From Burkholderiales bacterium (GTDB lineage: Bacteria > Pseudomonadota > Gammaproteobacteria > Burkholderiales > SG8-41), in assembly GCA_044867805.1 (NCBI GenBank), contig JBIOVQ010000281.1, positions 1 to 56,425 of the forward strand: a DNA stretch of 56,425 bases, written 5' to 3'. Position 1 is the first letter of the stretch, and the number at the start of each line of letters is the position of its first letter. The notes below the pieces were generated by a model that saw nothing but the letters and a program-made list of their open reading frames with translations, ran no database searches and was not told the DNA's origin. This document shows, in pieces, positions 36,846-46,563 of the stretch. The position numbers and the translations under genes are program-made.

Positions 36846-36958
36846 GGCGTGCCTCGCGTATCAGTATAGATCTCAACCCGCTTCTCGAGCCCCTTCTCGA
36901 GCACGACGATCCGCGCAATGCGCGCACACGGCGATCCGGGGGTCACGTAGAGCTTCAC
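36842..36958 (-). pseudogene. 38-codon ORF resembling only the N-terminal beta-alpha-beta of a glutathione S-transferase
   Basis: The ORF reads VKLYVTPGSPCARIARIVVLEKGLEKRVEI, then YTDTRGTP*. Its stop overlaps the GTG start of the lipoprotein gene (GTGA). No SD is visible. Confidence 0.4.
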
Positions 36959-36971
36959 GAGAAGAACGGCC

Positions 36972-37048
36972 GCCAGATGCCAGACGCCAGTCAGTGTGCC
37001 GGTAGTTCCATTTTGTTCTTCTTTGCGGCTTTGCGCCTTTGCGTCAAG
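36972..37048. repeat. Chimeric half-elements: GCCAGAT-GCCAGAC-GCCAG (GGCGTCT class) followed by a solo CTTTGCG-GCTTTGCG-CCTTTGCGTCAAG arm
   Basis: The two arms are not complementary to each other. The pair lies just downstream of the thrC stop. Confidence 0.75.
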
Positions 37049-37058
37049 ATTTTCTACG

Positions 37059-38180
37059 TCACTTCGGCAAGTGCTCGCGTATCGCCCGCTCCACCGCCTT
37101 CAGCTCGGCATCGATGGTCGCCGGCTTCGCGCTCTGCGCGATCGCCGCGTCGGGGTCCTTCAGCCCGTGGCCGGTGAGCGTGCAGATGATGCTGCTGCCC
37201 TCACCGATCCTGCCCAGCTCCAGGTCCTTCAGCACCCCGGCCACCGCGATAGCCGAAGCCGGCTCGCAGAATATCCCTTCGGTGCGCGCCAGCAGCTTCT
37301 GCACGTGCAGGATTTCCTCGTCCGTGCATTCGGCAAACCACCCGCCCGACTCGCGGCATGCCGCGAGCGCCTGCTGCCAGGACACGGGGTTGCCGATGCG
37401 GATCGCGGTTGCGACGGTTTCGGGGTTTTCCACCGGCCTGCCGCGCACGATCGGTGCGGCGCCGGAAGCCTGGTAGCCCAGCATGATCGGGCGCCGATCC
37501 GCGATCCTGGAAGTCCCGTATCGCCGCATGGCTGCTTCCTGCTTGAGCGCCTGGGTGCTCTCGCCCGTCGCTTCCGAGTAGCCGATCCAGTGCGCCGTGA
37601 TATTGCCCGCGTTGCCCACCGGCAGCGCGTGATAGTCGGGCGCGCCGCCCATCGCCTCGATCACCTCGAAGGCGACCGTCTTCTGGCCCTGGAGGCGGTA
37701 GGGATTGATCGAATTGACGATGTTGACCGGCAGCGACCGGGCGGCCTCCTGCACCAGGCGCATGCCGTCATCGAAATTGCCGCGGATCTGCAGCACGCGC
37801 GAGCCGTGCATCATCGCCTGGGAGAGCTTGCCCAGCGCGATCTTGCCCTCAGGGATCAGGACGAAGCAGGCGATCCCCGCCCGCGCGGCGTAGGCCGCGG
37901 CGGACGCCGAAGTGTTGCCGGTGGAGGCGCAAATGATCGCCTTTGCGCCCTCTTCCACCGCGCGCGTGACTGCCATCGTCATGCCGCGGTCCTTGAACGA
38001 GCCCGTCGGGTTGAGTCCTTCGAACTTGGCCAAGAGCCGCACTTTCTTGCGCACGAGCCCCGGCAGGTTGCTGAGCTCGATCAACGGCGTCGCGCCCTCG
38101 TTGAGCGAGACGGCGCGCGTGCTCGCCGCGACCGGCAGGCGGTCGCGGTACTTGTCGATCAGTCCAGAGTAGTGACTCAT
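37059..38180 (-). CDS. thrC: Threonine synthase
   Basis: PLP-lysine motif [10 protein letters not shown] and [12 protein letters not shown] at 38180 ([12 protein letters not shown]). Confidence 0.92.
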   Translation of the reverse strand: MSHYSGLIDKYRDRLPVAASTRAVSLNEGATPLIELSNLPGLVRKKVRLLAKFEGLNPTGSFKDRGMTMAVTRAVEEGAKAIICASTGNTSASAAAYAARAGIACFVLIPEGKIALGKLSQAMMHGSRVLQIRGNFDDGMRLVQEAARSLPVNIVNSINPYRLQGQKTVAFEVIEAMGGAPDYHALPVGNAGNITAHWIGYSEATGESTQALKQEAAMRRYGTSRIADRRPIMLGYQASGAAPIVRGRPVENPETVATAIRIGNPVSWQQALAACRESGGWFAECTDEEILHVQKLLARTEGIFCEPASAIAVAGVLKDLELGRIGEGSSIICTLTGHGLKDPDAAIAQSAKPATIDAELKAVERAIREHLPK

Positions 38181-38186
38181 GCAAAC

Positions 38187-38287
38187 CTTCGACGCAAAGT
38201 CGCAAAGGCGCAAAGGATTACCAAATTACGGCAAAGCCAATCACTCAACCCATTTTCTCCCTCTTTGCGGCTTCGCGGCTTTGCGTC
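38187..38287. repeat. CGCAAAG-class hairpin in the hom-thrC intercistronic gap
   Basis: Arms at 38187-38216 (CTTCGACGCAAAGTCGCAAAGGCGCAAAGG) and 38260-38287 (CCTCTTTGCGGCTTCGCGGCTTTGCGTC). The right arm touches the hom stop. Confidence 0.88.
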
Positions 38288-39597
38288 TAATTCAATTCCT
38301 CGAGTCTGATGCGGGTGACCTTGCCCACGACGACGGGTAGCTTCTCGATCTTCGCAATCGCGGTGTCCATGTCCTTTTCGACGGTCATGTGGGTAAGCAT
38401 GACAAGATCGACTTGCTCCTCGCCGCTGCGCGGCTCTTTCTGCACCAGCGCCTCGATCGAGATCCGCTGATCGGCCAGAATGCGCGTGATGTCCGCCAGC
38501 ACGCCGGGCCTGTCCTGCACCCTCAATCGCAGGTAGTTGCGCGTCTCGACCTCCCCCATCGGCAGGATCGGCGTGCTGGAGAGCTGGCCGGGCTGGAACG
38601 CGAGATGGGGGACCCGGTGCTCGGGGTCCGCCGTGAGCATCCGCGCCACGTCCACCAGGTCCGCCACCACCGCGGAGGCGGTGGGCTCGGCTCCGGCCCC
38701 GGCGCCGTAGTACATGGTCTGCCCCACCGCGTCGCCCTTGACCAGTATGGCATTCATCACGCCTTCCACGCTGGCGATCAAGCGCCGCGCCGGGACGAGG
38801 GTGGGATGCACCCGCAGCTCGAAGCCCCTCGCCTTGCGCTTGGTAATGCCCAGCAGCTTGATGCGATAGCCCAGCTCCTCCGCGTACTTGATGTCCTCCT
38901 GCGTGAGCCTGGAAATGCCCTCGGTATGGGCCGCCTTGAATTGCATCGGGATGCCGAAGCCGATCGCCGCCATGATCGTGAGCTTGTGCGCGGCATCCAC
39001 GCCCTCGACATCGAAAGTCGGGTCGGCCTCCGCGTAGCCGCGCCGTTGCGCTTCCTTGAGCACGTCCTGGAAGCTCGAGCCCTTGTCCCGCATCTCGGAG
39101 AGGATGAAGTTGCTGGTGCCGTTGATGATGCCGGCGATCCACTCGATGCGGTTGGCGGTCAGGCCTTCCCGCAGCGACTTGATGATGGGGATGCCGCCGC
39201 CGACCGCGCCCTCGAACGCCACCATCACGTCCTGCTTTTGAGCGGCCGCGAAGATCTCGTTGCCGTGGTTCGCCAGCAGCGCCTTGTTCGCGGTGACGAC
39301 GTGCTTGCCGCCGGCAATCGCCTTCAGCGTGAGGTCCTTCGCAATGGTGGTGCCCCCAATCAGCTCGACCACGATGTCGATGTCGGGATGGTTCACGACC
39401 TCGTTGGCATCGGCCGTCACGGTAGCGCGGCCGCCCGCGATACGCTTCGCACGCTCGATGTCTTTGTCGGCGACCATCTTCATGGCGATCCGGCAACCGG
39501 CGCGCCGCGCGATCTCCTCCTGGTTGCGGGCGAGCACCTCGAAGGTGCCGCCCCCCACGGTGCCGATACCGAGCAAACCCACGTTGATGGGCTTCAC
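38287..39597 (-). CDS. hom: Homoserine dehydrogenase
   Basis: VKPINVGLLGIGTVGGG NAD motif and a C-terminal ACT domain. The GTG at 39597 is preceded by GAGGAGG (39603-39609). The ORF-track start at 39678 lies inside the repeat. Confidence 0.93.
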   Translation of the reverse strand: MKPINVGLLGIGTVGGGTFEVLARNQEEIARRAGCRIAMKMVADKDIERAKRIAGGRATVTADANEVVNHPDIDIVVELIGGTTIAKDLTLKAIAGGKHVVTANKALLANHGNEIFAAAQKQDVMVAFEGAVGGGIPIIKSLREGLTANRIEWIAGIINGTSNFILSEMRDKGSSFQDVLKEAQRRGYAEADPTFDVEGVDAAHKLTIMAAIGFGIPMQFKAAHTEGISRLTQEDIKYAEELGYRIKLLGITKRKARGFELRVHPTLVPARRLIASVEGVMNAILVKGDAVGQTMYYGAGAGAEPTASAVVADLVDVARMLTADPEHRVPHLAFQPGQLSSTPILPMGEVETRNYLRLRVQDRPGVLADITRILADQRISIEALVQKEPRSGEEQVDLVMLTHMTVEKDMDTAIAKIEKLPVVVGKVTRIRLEELN

Positions 39598-39624
39598 GCC
39601 GGCCTCCTCGGCAAGTAACAAGCA

Positions 39625-39688
39625 ACGAGTGACGAGTGACGAGGACGAAGTCCCCACTCTGCACTCTGCACTCTGCACTCTGCACTCA
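39625..39688. repeat. Stutter hairpin: ACGAGTG-ACGAGTG-ACGAGGA ... (CACTCTG)x4 perfect + CACTCA
   Basis: The four exact CACTCTG copies at 39655-39682 run into the alaC-like stop codon. It is intercistronic between alaC and hom. Confidence 0.85.
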
Positions 39689-40870
39689 TAGGACTCCGTC
39701 CTTCTTGAACATGTCCTTGATGCCTCGCAAGGCCTGTCGGGTGCGGGCCTCGTTCTCGATCAGCGCGAAGCGCACGTGCCCGTCCCCGTAATCGCCGAAG
39801 CCGATCCCCGGCGCGACCGCGATCTTTGCGTCCGCGAGCAATTTCTTGGCAAACTCGAGGGAGCCCCCCTTGCGGTACGCCTCCGGGATCGCCGCCCAGA
39901 TGTACATGGTTGCCTTGGGCACGTCCACGTCCCACCCGATCGCCTTCAATCCGCCGCACAGCACGTCGCGCCGGCCCTGGTAGGTCCTGCGCACCGTTTC
40001 GACGCAGTCTTGCGGGCCCTCGAGCGCGATGATCGAGGCCACCTGGATCGGAGTGAACATGCCGTAGTCGTGGTAGCTTTTCATGCGCGCCAGCGCCTTG
40101 ACCAGCTCGCGGTTGCCGACCATGTAGCCGACGCGCCAGCCCGCCATGTTATAGCTCTTCGACATGGTGAAGAACTCGACCGCGATGTCGCGTGCGCCCG
40201 GCACCTGCATGATCGATGGCGCCTGGTAGCCATTGAACACGATATCGGCGTAGGCAAGGTCATGGACCACGTAGATGTGGTGCTCGCGGGCGATCGCCAC
40301 CAGCCGCTCGAAGAACGCGAGGTCCACGCACTGCGTCGTCGGGTTGCTGGGAAAATTCACGATCAGCAGCTTGGGTTTGGGATAGGACGCGCGGATCGAG
40401 CGCTGGAGCTCGTCGAAGAAATCCACCCCCGGGGTCATCGGCACGTGCCGGATGTCCGCGCCTGAAATCACCGGCCCGTAGATATGGATGGGGTAGCTCG
40501 GGTTGGGCACCAGCACGATGTCGCCGGTGTCGAGGGTCGCCAGCGCGAGGTGCGCGATGCCCTCCTTCGAGCCGATGGTGACGATCGCCTCGGAATCGGG
40601 GTCGAGCTCCACGCCGTAGCGGCTCTTGTACCAGTTGCAGATCGCCCGGCGCAGACGCACGATGCCCTTCGATACCGAGTAGCGGTGGGTATCGGGACGC
40701 TGCACGGCCTCGACCAGCTTCTCCACGATGTGACGCGGCGTGGGCTGATCGGGATTGCCCATGCTGAAGTCGATGATGTCCTCGCCGCGCCGGCGTGCGG
40801 CGAGCTTGAGCTCGCCGGTCACGTTAAACACGTACGGCGGCAGGCGTTTGATTCGAGCAAACTCTTCCAT
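39686..40870 (-). CDS. Class I/II PLP-dependent aminotransferase (AlaC/AlaA-like)
   Basis: Motifs [26 protein letters not shown] (PLP lysine) and HVRFAL. Confidence 0.88.
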   Translation of the reverse strand: MEEFARIKRLPPYVFNVTGELKLAARRRGEDIIDFSMGNPDQPTPRHIVEKLVEAVQRPDTHRYSVSKGIVRLRRAICNWYKSRYGVELDPDSEAIVTIGSKEGIAHLALATLDTGDIVLVPNPSYPIHIYGPVISGADIRHVPMTPGVDFFDELQRSIRASYPKPKLLIVNFPSNPTTQCVDLAFFERLVAIAREHHIYVVHDLAYADIVFNGYQAPSIMQVPGARDIAVEFFTMSKSYNMAGWRVGYMVGNRELVKALARMKSYHDYGMFTPIQVASIIALEGPQDCVETVRRTYQGRRDVLCGGLKAIGWDVDVPKATMYIWAAIPEAYRKGGSLEFAKKLLADAKIAVAPGIGFGDYGDGHVRFALIENEARTRQALRGIKDMFKKDGVL

Positions 40871-40942
40871 GCTTGGTGATGCCGCAGCGCAAAAAGGGTG
40901 TTATTCTAACGGAGCAACTTACCTTAAGCAAATCAGAGGCTT

Positions 40943-41317
40943 ATGAAACTGCACCTGGCGCGGAGCGAGGGCCGGCAATTGTTCTCCGGCTACGGGCCAG
41001 GCTATGTCGCCGTGAACAGCGTGCGCTACGAGCGGAACGTGCTGGTGAGCCCCGCGGCGGTCGTCGAGTGGCCGGTGAGAGACTTCGAGGCACTGATGCC
41101 TGCCGATTTCCGGTTCATCGAAGAGGCGCGGCCGGAAATCCTCATCCTGGGAACGGGTACGACGCAGCGCTTTCCGCCGCCCCAGCTGGCGCGCGCCCTG
41201 GCCGCGAGCGGCGCGGGCGTGGAGATCATGGATACCAAGGCGGCGTGCCGCACCTACAACATACTGGTGGCGGAAGGCCGCAAGGTCATCGCGGCGATCC
41301 TCATTGAGCAACAATGA
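40943..41317 (+). CDS. Mth938/DUF498-domain protein (NDUFAF3-like fold)
   Basis: 124 aa with the motifs PEILILGTG and GVEIMDTKAACRTYNIL. Confidence 0.8.
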   Translation: MKLHLARSEGRQLFSGYGPGYVAVNSVRYERNVLVSPAAVVEWPVRDFEALMPADFRFIEEARPEILILGTGTTQRFPPPQLARALAASGAGVEIMDTKAACRTYNILVAEGRKVIAAILIEQQ

Positions 41318-41327
41318 AGATGGCCGC

Positions 41328-41424
41328 GAGTTCCAAGCTACAAGCTGCAAGCTTCAAGCCGCAAATCGGACCGCCACCTCGCGCGCTCGCGACCTTGCAG
41401 CTTGAGGCTTGTAGCTTGTTACTC
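41328..41424. repeat. Stutter hairpin: CAAGCTA-CAAGCTG-CAAGCTT-CAAGCCG ... CTTGCAG-CTTGAGG-CTTGTAG-CTTGTTA
   Basis: A stem of about 32 positions with ~5 mismatches by hand pairing. It lies between convergent stops. Confidence 0.88.
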
Positions 41425-41438
41425 GCCCGGCGCGCTGG

Positions 41439-44400
41439 CTACTTGGCATTGCTGAAGACAGCAACCGGCGCCGTAGCCGTGCGCGCCGAGCGCTGCAGGC
41501 GGCGCTTCTGCCTGAGCCAGTCGCCGCATTCGTCCGCCGGCAATGGTCGCGAGAAATAGTACCCCTGGATCTGATCGCAGCCGTGCTCCGCGAGGAACGC
41601 GAGCTGCGCCTCGGTTTCCACGCCCTCCGCGATCACCTTGAGGCTCAGATTGTGGGCCATTGAAATGACCGCGCGCGTGATCGTCGCGTCATCGACGTCG
41701 CTGGTAAGGTCGCGCACGAACGAGCGGTCGATTTTCAGCGCGTCGAGCGGGAAGCGCTTGAGATACGACAAGCTCGAGTAGCCGGTGCCGAAGTCGTCGA
41801 TCGCGAGACCCACCCCCAGCGAGCTCAGGTATTCGAGGGTGCGCGCGGCGTCCTCGGTATTCGTCATGAGGGAGCTTTCCGTGATCTCGAGCTCGAGCAG
41901 GACGGGATCGATCATGTGCTCCTCCAGGAGCCGCCGGATCGTGGGCCCGAAATCGCGCGCGATGAATTGCCGCGCCGACAGGTTGACGGCGACCGGCAGC
42001 AGCGCTATGCCCTGCCGTTCCCATGCCTTGATCTGGGCGCACACGCTGCGCAGGACCCAGTTGCCGGCCTGGACGATGAGGCCGGTTTCCTCGAGGACCG
42101 GCATGAATTCCCCCGGCGACAGCAGGCCGCGCTCGGGATGCTGCCAGCGCAGCAGCGCCTCGGTCCCCATGATATGGCCGTCGGCGACGCTGGCCTTGGG
42201 CTGGAAGTGGAGCAGGAATTCGCTGCGCTCCAGCGCGCGGCGCAGGCTGCTCTCCAGGCTCAGGGTCTCGACGGCCCGGGCGTTCATGCCCGAGGTATAG
42301 AACTGGTAGCTGTTGCGGCCCGCCTCCTTGGCGCGGTACATCGCCGCGTCGGCGTTCCTGATCAGCGTGTCCTGGTCGGCGCTGTCATCGGGATAGAGCG
42401 TGATGCCGATGCTCGCCGTCGCGTAGATATCGGAGCCTTCCAGCCTGAACGGCTCGTCGAATTCCGCCATGATCTTCTGCGCCACCAGGTTCGCGTCCAG
42501 GGCACTGGAGAAATTCGACAGCACGATCGCGAACTCGTCGCCGCCCAGCCGGCCCACGGTATCGCCCGCCCGCACCGACTTCGTGAGCCGCTCCGACACC
42601 TGCTGCAGCAGCTGGTCGCCCACCGCGTGGCCGAGCGTGTCGTTGACGTTCTTGAATCGATCCAGGTCTATGAACATCACGCCCACCGTCCACTGGTTAC
42701 GCTTGGCCTGGGCCAGCGCCTGCTTCATGCGGTCGTAGAACAGCGCCCGGTTAGGCAGGCGCGTGAGAACGTCGTAGTGCGCCAGCTGCATCAGCTGCTC
42801 CTCGGCGAACTTCTTCTCCGTGACGTCCTCGGCGATCCCGGCGATGCGGTAGACCTTGCCCGACTCGTCCTGCACCGGGAAAGCGCGATCGTTCACCCAC
42901 CGGATCGTGCCGTCAGGCCTGACGACACGATAGGTTTCGTCGTAGCCGCCCCTCATGGCGAACTTGCGCGCGTCGTGGACCCGCCGCCGGTCCTCCGGGT
43001 GCACCGCTTTGACCAGAGCGCTGCGCCGCTGGTAGATCTCGTGCAAGGGCCGTCCCAGCAGGCCGGCGGCAGCAGGGCTGATGTAGATCGTATCCCGGTG
43101 GTTGACGTCGGTAATCCAGAACGCCTGCGGTATGTTGCCCGCGAGCTGCTTGAACTGCTCCTCGCTCTCGCGCAGCGCCGCCTCCGCCCGCTTGCGGTCG
43201 GTGATGTCGTTGATGAGCGTGAGCCAGGCGGTGCGCCCGCTGAGCACGAACCCCCGCGCGGTGACCTCGACATCGATGATGCGCCCGTCACGGGTGCGAT
43301 GCCTGCGCTGCAGTTGAAGGTTCTGCCGGTCCGCGCGGTGGCGGATATGCTCCTCGTAGCGCGCCGCGTCGGTCGCCACCCAGAGATCGCGCACGTTCAT
43401 CCGCAGGAATTCGTCGCGGGTGTAGCCGTAGTGAGCGATCGCGGCCTGGTTTACCGCCAGGATGTCGAGCGTCTCGTCATCCCATACCCACATGGGGAGC
43501 GGGCTCGCCTCGAACAGATCGCGATACCGTTCCTCGCTCCTGCGCAGCGCCTGCTCCGCTTCCTTGCGCTGGATGAAGAGCCCGATCTGCCTGCCGATGG
43601 CCTCCACGGCCTGCAGCAGCGTTTCGTCCGGCTGCTTGATGTCGCGCCCGAAGAATTCCAGCACGCCCAGCGGGCGGGCGCCGGCCAGTATAGGGAAGCC
43701 GAACGCGCAATGCAGCCCGGCCCGGATGGCGTTCTCCCCGCGGCGAAACCCCGCCTCGCGCGTGACGTCGGGAATCCAGGCCGGCGCACCTCCGAGCCAC
43801 ACCCGCCGCACCAGGCCGCCGGTCTTGGTCTTCGGTGCCTCTCCGCTCCAGGCCGGCGCCTCGTTGACCGTCCCCGCGGATATCGCAACGAACTCCGCCA
43901 CCCTGGGCTCGCCGATATGCCACGAGCCGGTGACCCGCAGCTGCTCGTGGCTCGCGTCCCACTGCCAGTGCGCCCCGCAAGCCCAGCCCAGGCTCTCGCA
44001 GATGGTGCGGATGAGCTGCGGCATCGCCTCCTCGGCGGTGGACGCTTCCGCAAGAACGCGCGTGACCGAATGCTCCATCCCCTGCCGGAGCTCGGCCATC
44101 TTCTGTTCGGAAATGTCCTGCGCGATGGTGACGAAGTGCCGCGGCGTCCCGTCCAGGTTGCGCACCAGCGACGTCGATACCTCGCACCAGACCGTCGCGC
44201 CGTCCTTGCGCACGAGCTGCTTCTCGCGCACGCTGCTCGTGATCCCGCCCGAGACCAGTTTCCGGCATGCCTCCTTGAGGCCCTCCACCTCGCCGGGCAA
44301 CTGCACGTCGAGCACGGCCATCTTCATCAACTCCTCGCGGCTGTAGCCCACGATCTCGCAGTAACGGTCGTTCATCTGCAGGAAGCGCAGGTCCGGCGTG

Positions 44401-45326
44401 GCAAACGAGATACCGACGCTCGCCTGGTCGAAAGTGGCGCGGAGGATTTCCTCGCTGGCGCGCAGCACCTCCTCGGCTCGCTTGCGCTCGGTGATGTCCT
44501 CGATGATGCGGATGAAATAGAGCGGCTCCCCCGCGGAATCCCGCGCCAGCGACACCGTCCGGTTGACCCACAGGTCGGAGCCGTCCTTGCGCCGGTAGAG
44601 GCGTTCCGACGAGAACGCGCTGATTTCGCCCTTCAACAGTCGCTCGCGGTATTTAGGCTGGTCGGTGCCCACGTATTCGGGATGGATGAAATCGTCGGTC
44701 TTCATCCGCATCAGCTCGCCCAGCGAATAGCCGAGCATCTCGCTCAGCTTGGCGTTCGCATGCAGGATCCGGTCGTCGTCGATGGCGGTATGCATGATGC
44801 CGACGGGCGCGTTCTCGAACGTTGCGCGGTGCCGCTCCTCCACCGCCTTGCGCTCGGTGATGTCCTCGACCACGCTGATCACGTACTGCGGGTTGCCCGC
44901 CTCGTCGCAGACCGAGGACATGGTCCGCCGCGCCCACATGACGCTGCCGTCCTTGCGCAGGAAACGTTTCTCGCCCCCGCGCGACTGGGCCCCGCCGTGC
45001 GTCACCTCCGCGCGGTAGCGCGAGCCCTGGCCATAGTCATCCGGATGGGTGATGTCCCCGACGGTCTTGCCGAGCAGCTCGTCGCGCGAGTAGCCCAGCA
45101 TGTCGCAGAACTTCTGGTTGAGGTCCACCAGCACGCCGCTGAGATCCACGCGCGTGATGCCGACCGCCGCGTTCTCGAACATGGCGCGGTATTGCTGCTC
45201 GGTGCCCGGAAGAGCCGGGGCGGCGGGGGCCCGGACGGGCAAGCCGACGCGCCCGCTCCGCCTCCGCAGCGTCGCCTTCCTGCTCCTGTACCTTGCCGCG
45301 CCACCCGCCATCGTGGTCCTCCCCAC
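41439..45326 (-). CDS. Multi-PAS / GAF / GGDEF / EAL signalling protein
   Basis: 1295 aa with at least five PAS-like repeats (DITERK linkers), one GAF domain, RLGGDEFAIVL (GGDEF), and EALLRW, DDFGTGYSSL, KIDRSFV (EAL). Confidence 0.92.
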   Translation of the reverse strand: MGRTTMAGGAARYRSRKATLRRRSGRVGLPVRAPAAPALPGTEQQYRAMFENAAVGITRVDLSGVLVDLNQKFCDMLGYSRDELLGKTVGDITHPDDYGQGSRYRAEVTHGGAQSRGGEKRFLRKDGSVMWARRTMSSVCDEAGNPQYVISVVEDITERKAVEERHRATFENAPVGIMHTAIDDDRILHANAKLSEMLGYSLGELMRMKTDDFIHPEYVGTDQPKYRERLLKGEISAFSSERLYRRKDGSDLWVNRTVSLARDSAGEPLYFIRIIEDITERKRAEEVLRASEEILRATFDQASVGISFATPDLRFLQMNDRYCEIVGYSREELMKMAVLDVQLPGEVEGLKEACRKLVSGGITSSVREKQLVRKDGATVWCEVSTSLVRNLDGTPRHFVTIAQDISEQKMAELRQGMEHSVTRVLAEASTAEEAMPQLIRTICESLGWACGAHWQWDASHEQLRVTGSWHIGEPRVAEFVAISAGTVNEAPAWSGEAPKTKTGGLVRRVWLGGAPAWIPDVTREAGFRRGENAIRAGLHCAFGFPILAGARPLGVLEFFGRDIKQPDETLLQAVEAIGRQIGLFIQRKEAEQALRRSEERYRDLFEASPLPMWVWDDETLDILAVNQAAIAHYGYTRDEFLRMNVRDLWVATDAARYEEHIRHRADRQNLQLQRRHRTRDGRIIDVEVTARGFVLSGRTAWLTLINDITDRKRAEAALRESEEQFKQLAGNIPQAFWITDVNHRDTIYISPAAAGLLGRPLHEIYQRRSALVKAVHPEDRRRVHDARKFAMRGGYDETYRVVRPDGTIRWVNDRAFPVQDESGKVYRIAGIAEDVTEKKFAEEQLMQLAHYDVLTRLPNRALFYDRMKQALAQAKRNQWTVGVMFIDLDRFKNVNDTLGHAVGDQLLQQVSERLTKSVRAGDTVGRLGGDEFAIVLSNFSSALDANLVAQKIMAEFDEPFRLEGSDIYATASIGITLYPDDSADQDTLIRNADAAMYRAKEAGRNSYQFYTSGMNARAVETLSLESSLRRALERSEFLLHFQPKASVADGHIMGTEALLRWQHPERGLLSPGEFMPVLEETGLIVQAGNWVLRSVCAQIKAWERQGIALLPVAVNLSARQFIARDFGPTIRRLLEEHMIDPVLLELEITESSLMTNTEDAARTLEYLSSLGVGLAIDDFGTGYSSLSYLKRFPLDALKIDRSFVRDLTSDVDDATITRAVISMAHNLSLKVIAEGVETEAQLAFLAEHGCDQIQGYYFSRPLPADECGDWLRQKRRLQRSARTATAPVAVFSNAK

Positions 45327-45522
45327 CTCCGGGCTTTACGATAATCCCCTCGCCCGGAAAGCGCAAAGACCTTCGTTCTGTGTCAGGGGTGTCGGTATCG
45401 GTCCGCAGACGGAGCCAAAAGTCACACCGGCTGGCGCGGGCCCGACGTCGTGGCGAGGACGGCGCTGTCACCTGTCACGTAGAATGGCGCACTAGGCAAG
45501 AAGAGAAGGGTTCAACCTGAGC

Positions 45523-46443
45523 ATGTCCACGCAGCAGATCGAAAAGGTCGTCGCCCAGGTCGGCGGCATCATCCTCGGCAAGGACCGGCAGATCCGGCTC
45601 GCGATCGCGTGCCTGCTCGCCCGCGGCCACCTGCTCATCGAGGACATTCCCGGGGTGGGCAAGACCATGCTCGCCCATGCGCTGGCCACCTCGCTGGGCC
45701 TGAACTTCCAGCGCATCCAGTTCACCAGCGACCTGCTGCCCGCCGACATCATCGGGGTTTCCATATTCGACCGGGAAAGCGGCGGCTTCCAGTTTCATTC
45801 CGGCCCCATCTTCAACCAGGTCGTGCTGGCCGACGAGGTCAACCGCGCCACACCCAAGGCGCAAAGCGCCCTGCTGGAAGCCATGGAGGAGCACCAGGTG
45901 ACGACCGAAGGGGAAACCCGCCGCCTGCCGGAGCCTTTCTTCGTGATCGCGACGCAGAATCCCTCGTACCAGGTGGGCACCTTTCCGCTCCCCGAGTCGC
46001 AGCTCGATCGCTTCCTGATGCGCATACACCTCGGCTACCCCGACAGCGACGCGGAGCGCGCGCTGCTGCAGGGTGAGAACCGGCGCGACCTGCTGGCGCA
46101 GCTCAAGGCGGCGATGTCGCCGGGCGAACTGGCCGGGCTGCAGCGCGAGGTCCAGCACATACACGCCTCGCCCGCGCTGTTCGACTATGTCCAGGCGCTG
46201 ACCGAACATACCCGCCGCACGGCCGACTACGTCAACGGATTGTCGCCGCGCGCGGCGCTCGCGCTGCTGCACGCGGCCCGCGCCTGGGCGCTGATGGCGG
46301 GGCGCAACCACGTCGTCCCGGAGGATGTGCAGGCGGTGCTGCCCGCCGTGGTCGGCCATCGCCTCGTGCCCGCGGGGGAGGTGACCAGGGCAAACGGCTT
46401 CGACGTGGCGGCGCATCTGATCAAGCAGGTCGCCATACCCTAA
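45523..46443 (+). CDS. MoxR-family AAA+ ATPase
   Basis: Motifs GHLLIEDIPGVGKT, VLADEVNRATPK and FFVIATQNP. Confidence 0.92.
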   Translation: MSTQQIEKVVAQVGGIILGKDRQIRLAIACLLARGHLLIEDIPGVGKTMLAHALATSLGLNFQRIQFTSDLLPADIIGVSIFDRESGGFQFHSGPIFNQVVLADEVNRATPKAQSALLEAMEEHQVTTEGETRRLPEPFFVIATQNPSYQVGTFPLPESQLDRFLMRIHLGYPDSDAERALLQGENRRDLLAQLKAAMSPGELAGLQREVQHIHASPALFDYVQALTEHTRRTADYVNGLSPRAALALLHAARAWALMAGRNHVVPEDVQAVLPAVVGHRLVPAGEVTRANGFDVAAHLIKQVAIP

Positions 46444-46446
46444 CAG

Positions 46447-46554
46447 CGTGAATCGTGATTCGTGAATCGTGATTCGTAAGTCCGCCCGACGGGTGCAACA
46501 GCAAACGAGTACCACGAATCTGGTCGAATCACGAATCACCAATCGCAAATCACG
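46447..46554. repeat. Stutter hairpin of GTGATTC class in the moxR-DUF58 gap
   Basis: Left arm GTGAATC-GTGATTC-GTGAATC-GTGATTC (46448-46475). Right arm has ACGAATC / CGAATCA / CCAATCG / CAAATCA units (46514-46554). Confidence 0.85.
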
Positions 46555-46563
46555 CTTTTCTTG

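Noticed and set aside
38177-39685. 502-aa alternative frame over hom on the same strand
   Set aside because: The frame is Arg/Gly-rich nonsense, while the other frame gives a textbook homoserine dehydrogenase.
39655-39688. Perfect tandem arrays here, and at 49557-49721 and 51434-51461, considered as CRISPR
   Set aside because: The units are 7-15 nt and directly abutting, with no unique spacers. No cas genes are present, and each array has an inverted partner arm. They are not CRISPR.
41916-45344. 1142-aa ORF opposite the PAS-GAF-GGDEF-EAL gene
   Set aside because: It is an antisense shadow ORF with the same compositional bias. The minus-strand product has complete, ordered signalling domains.
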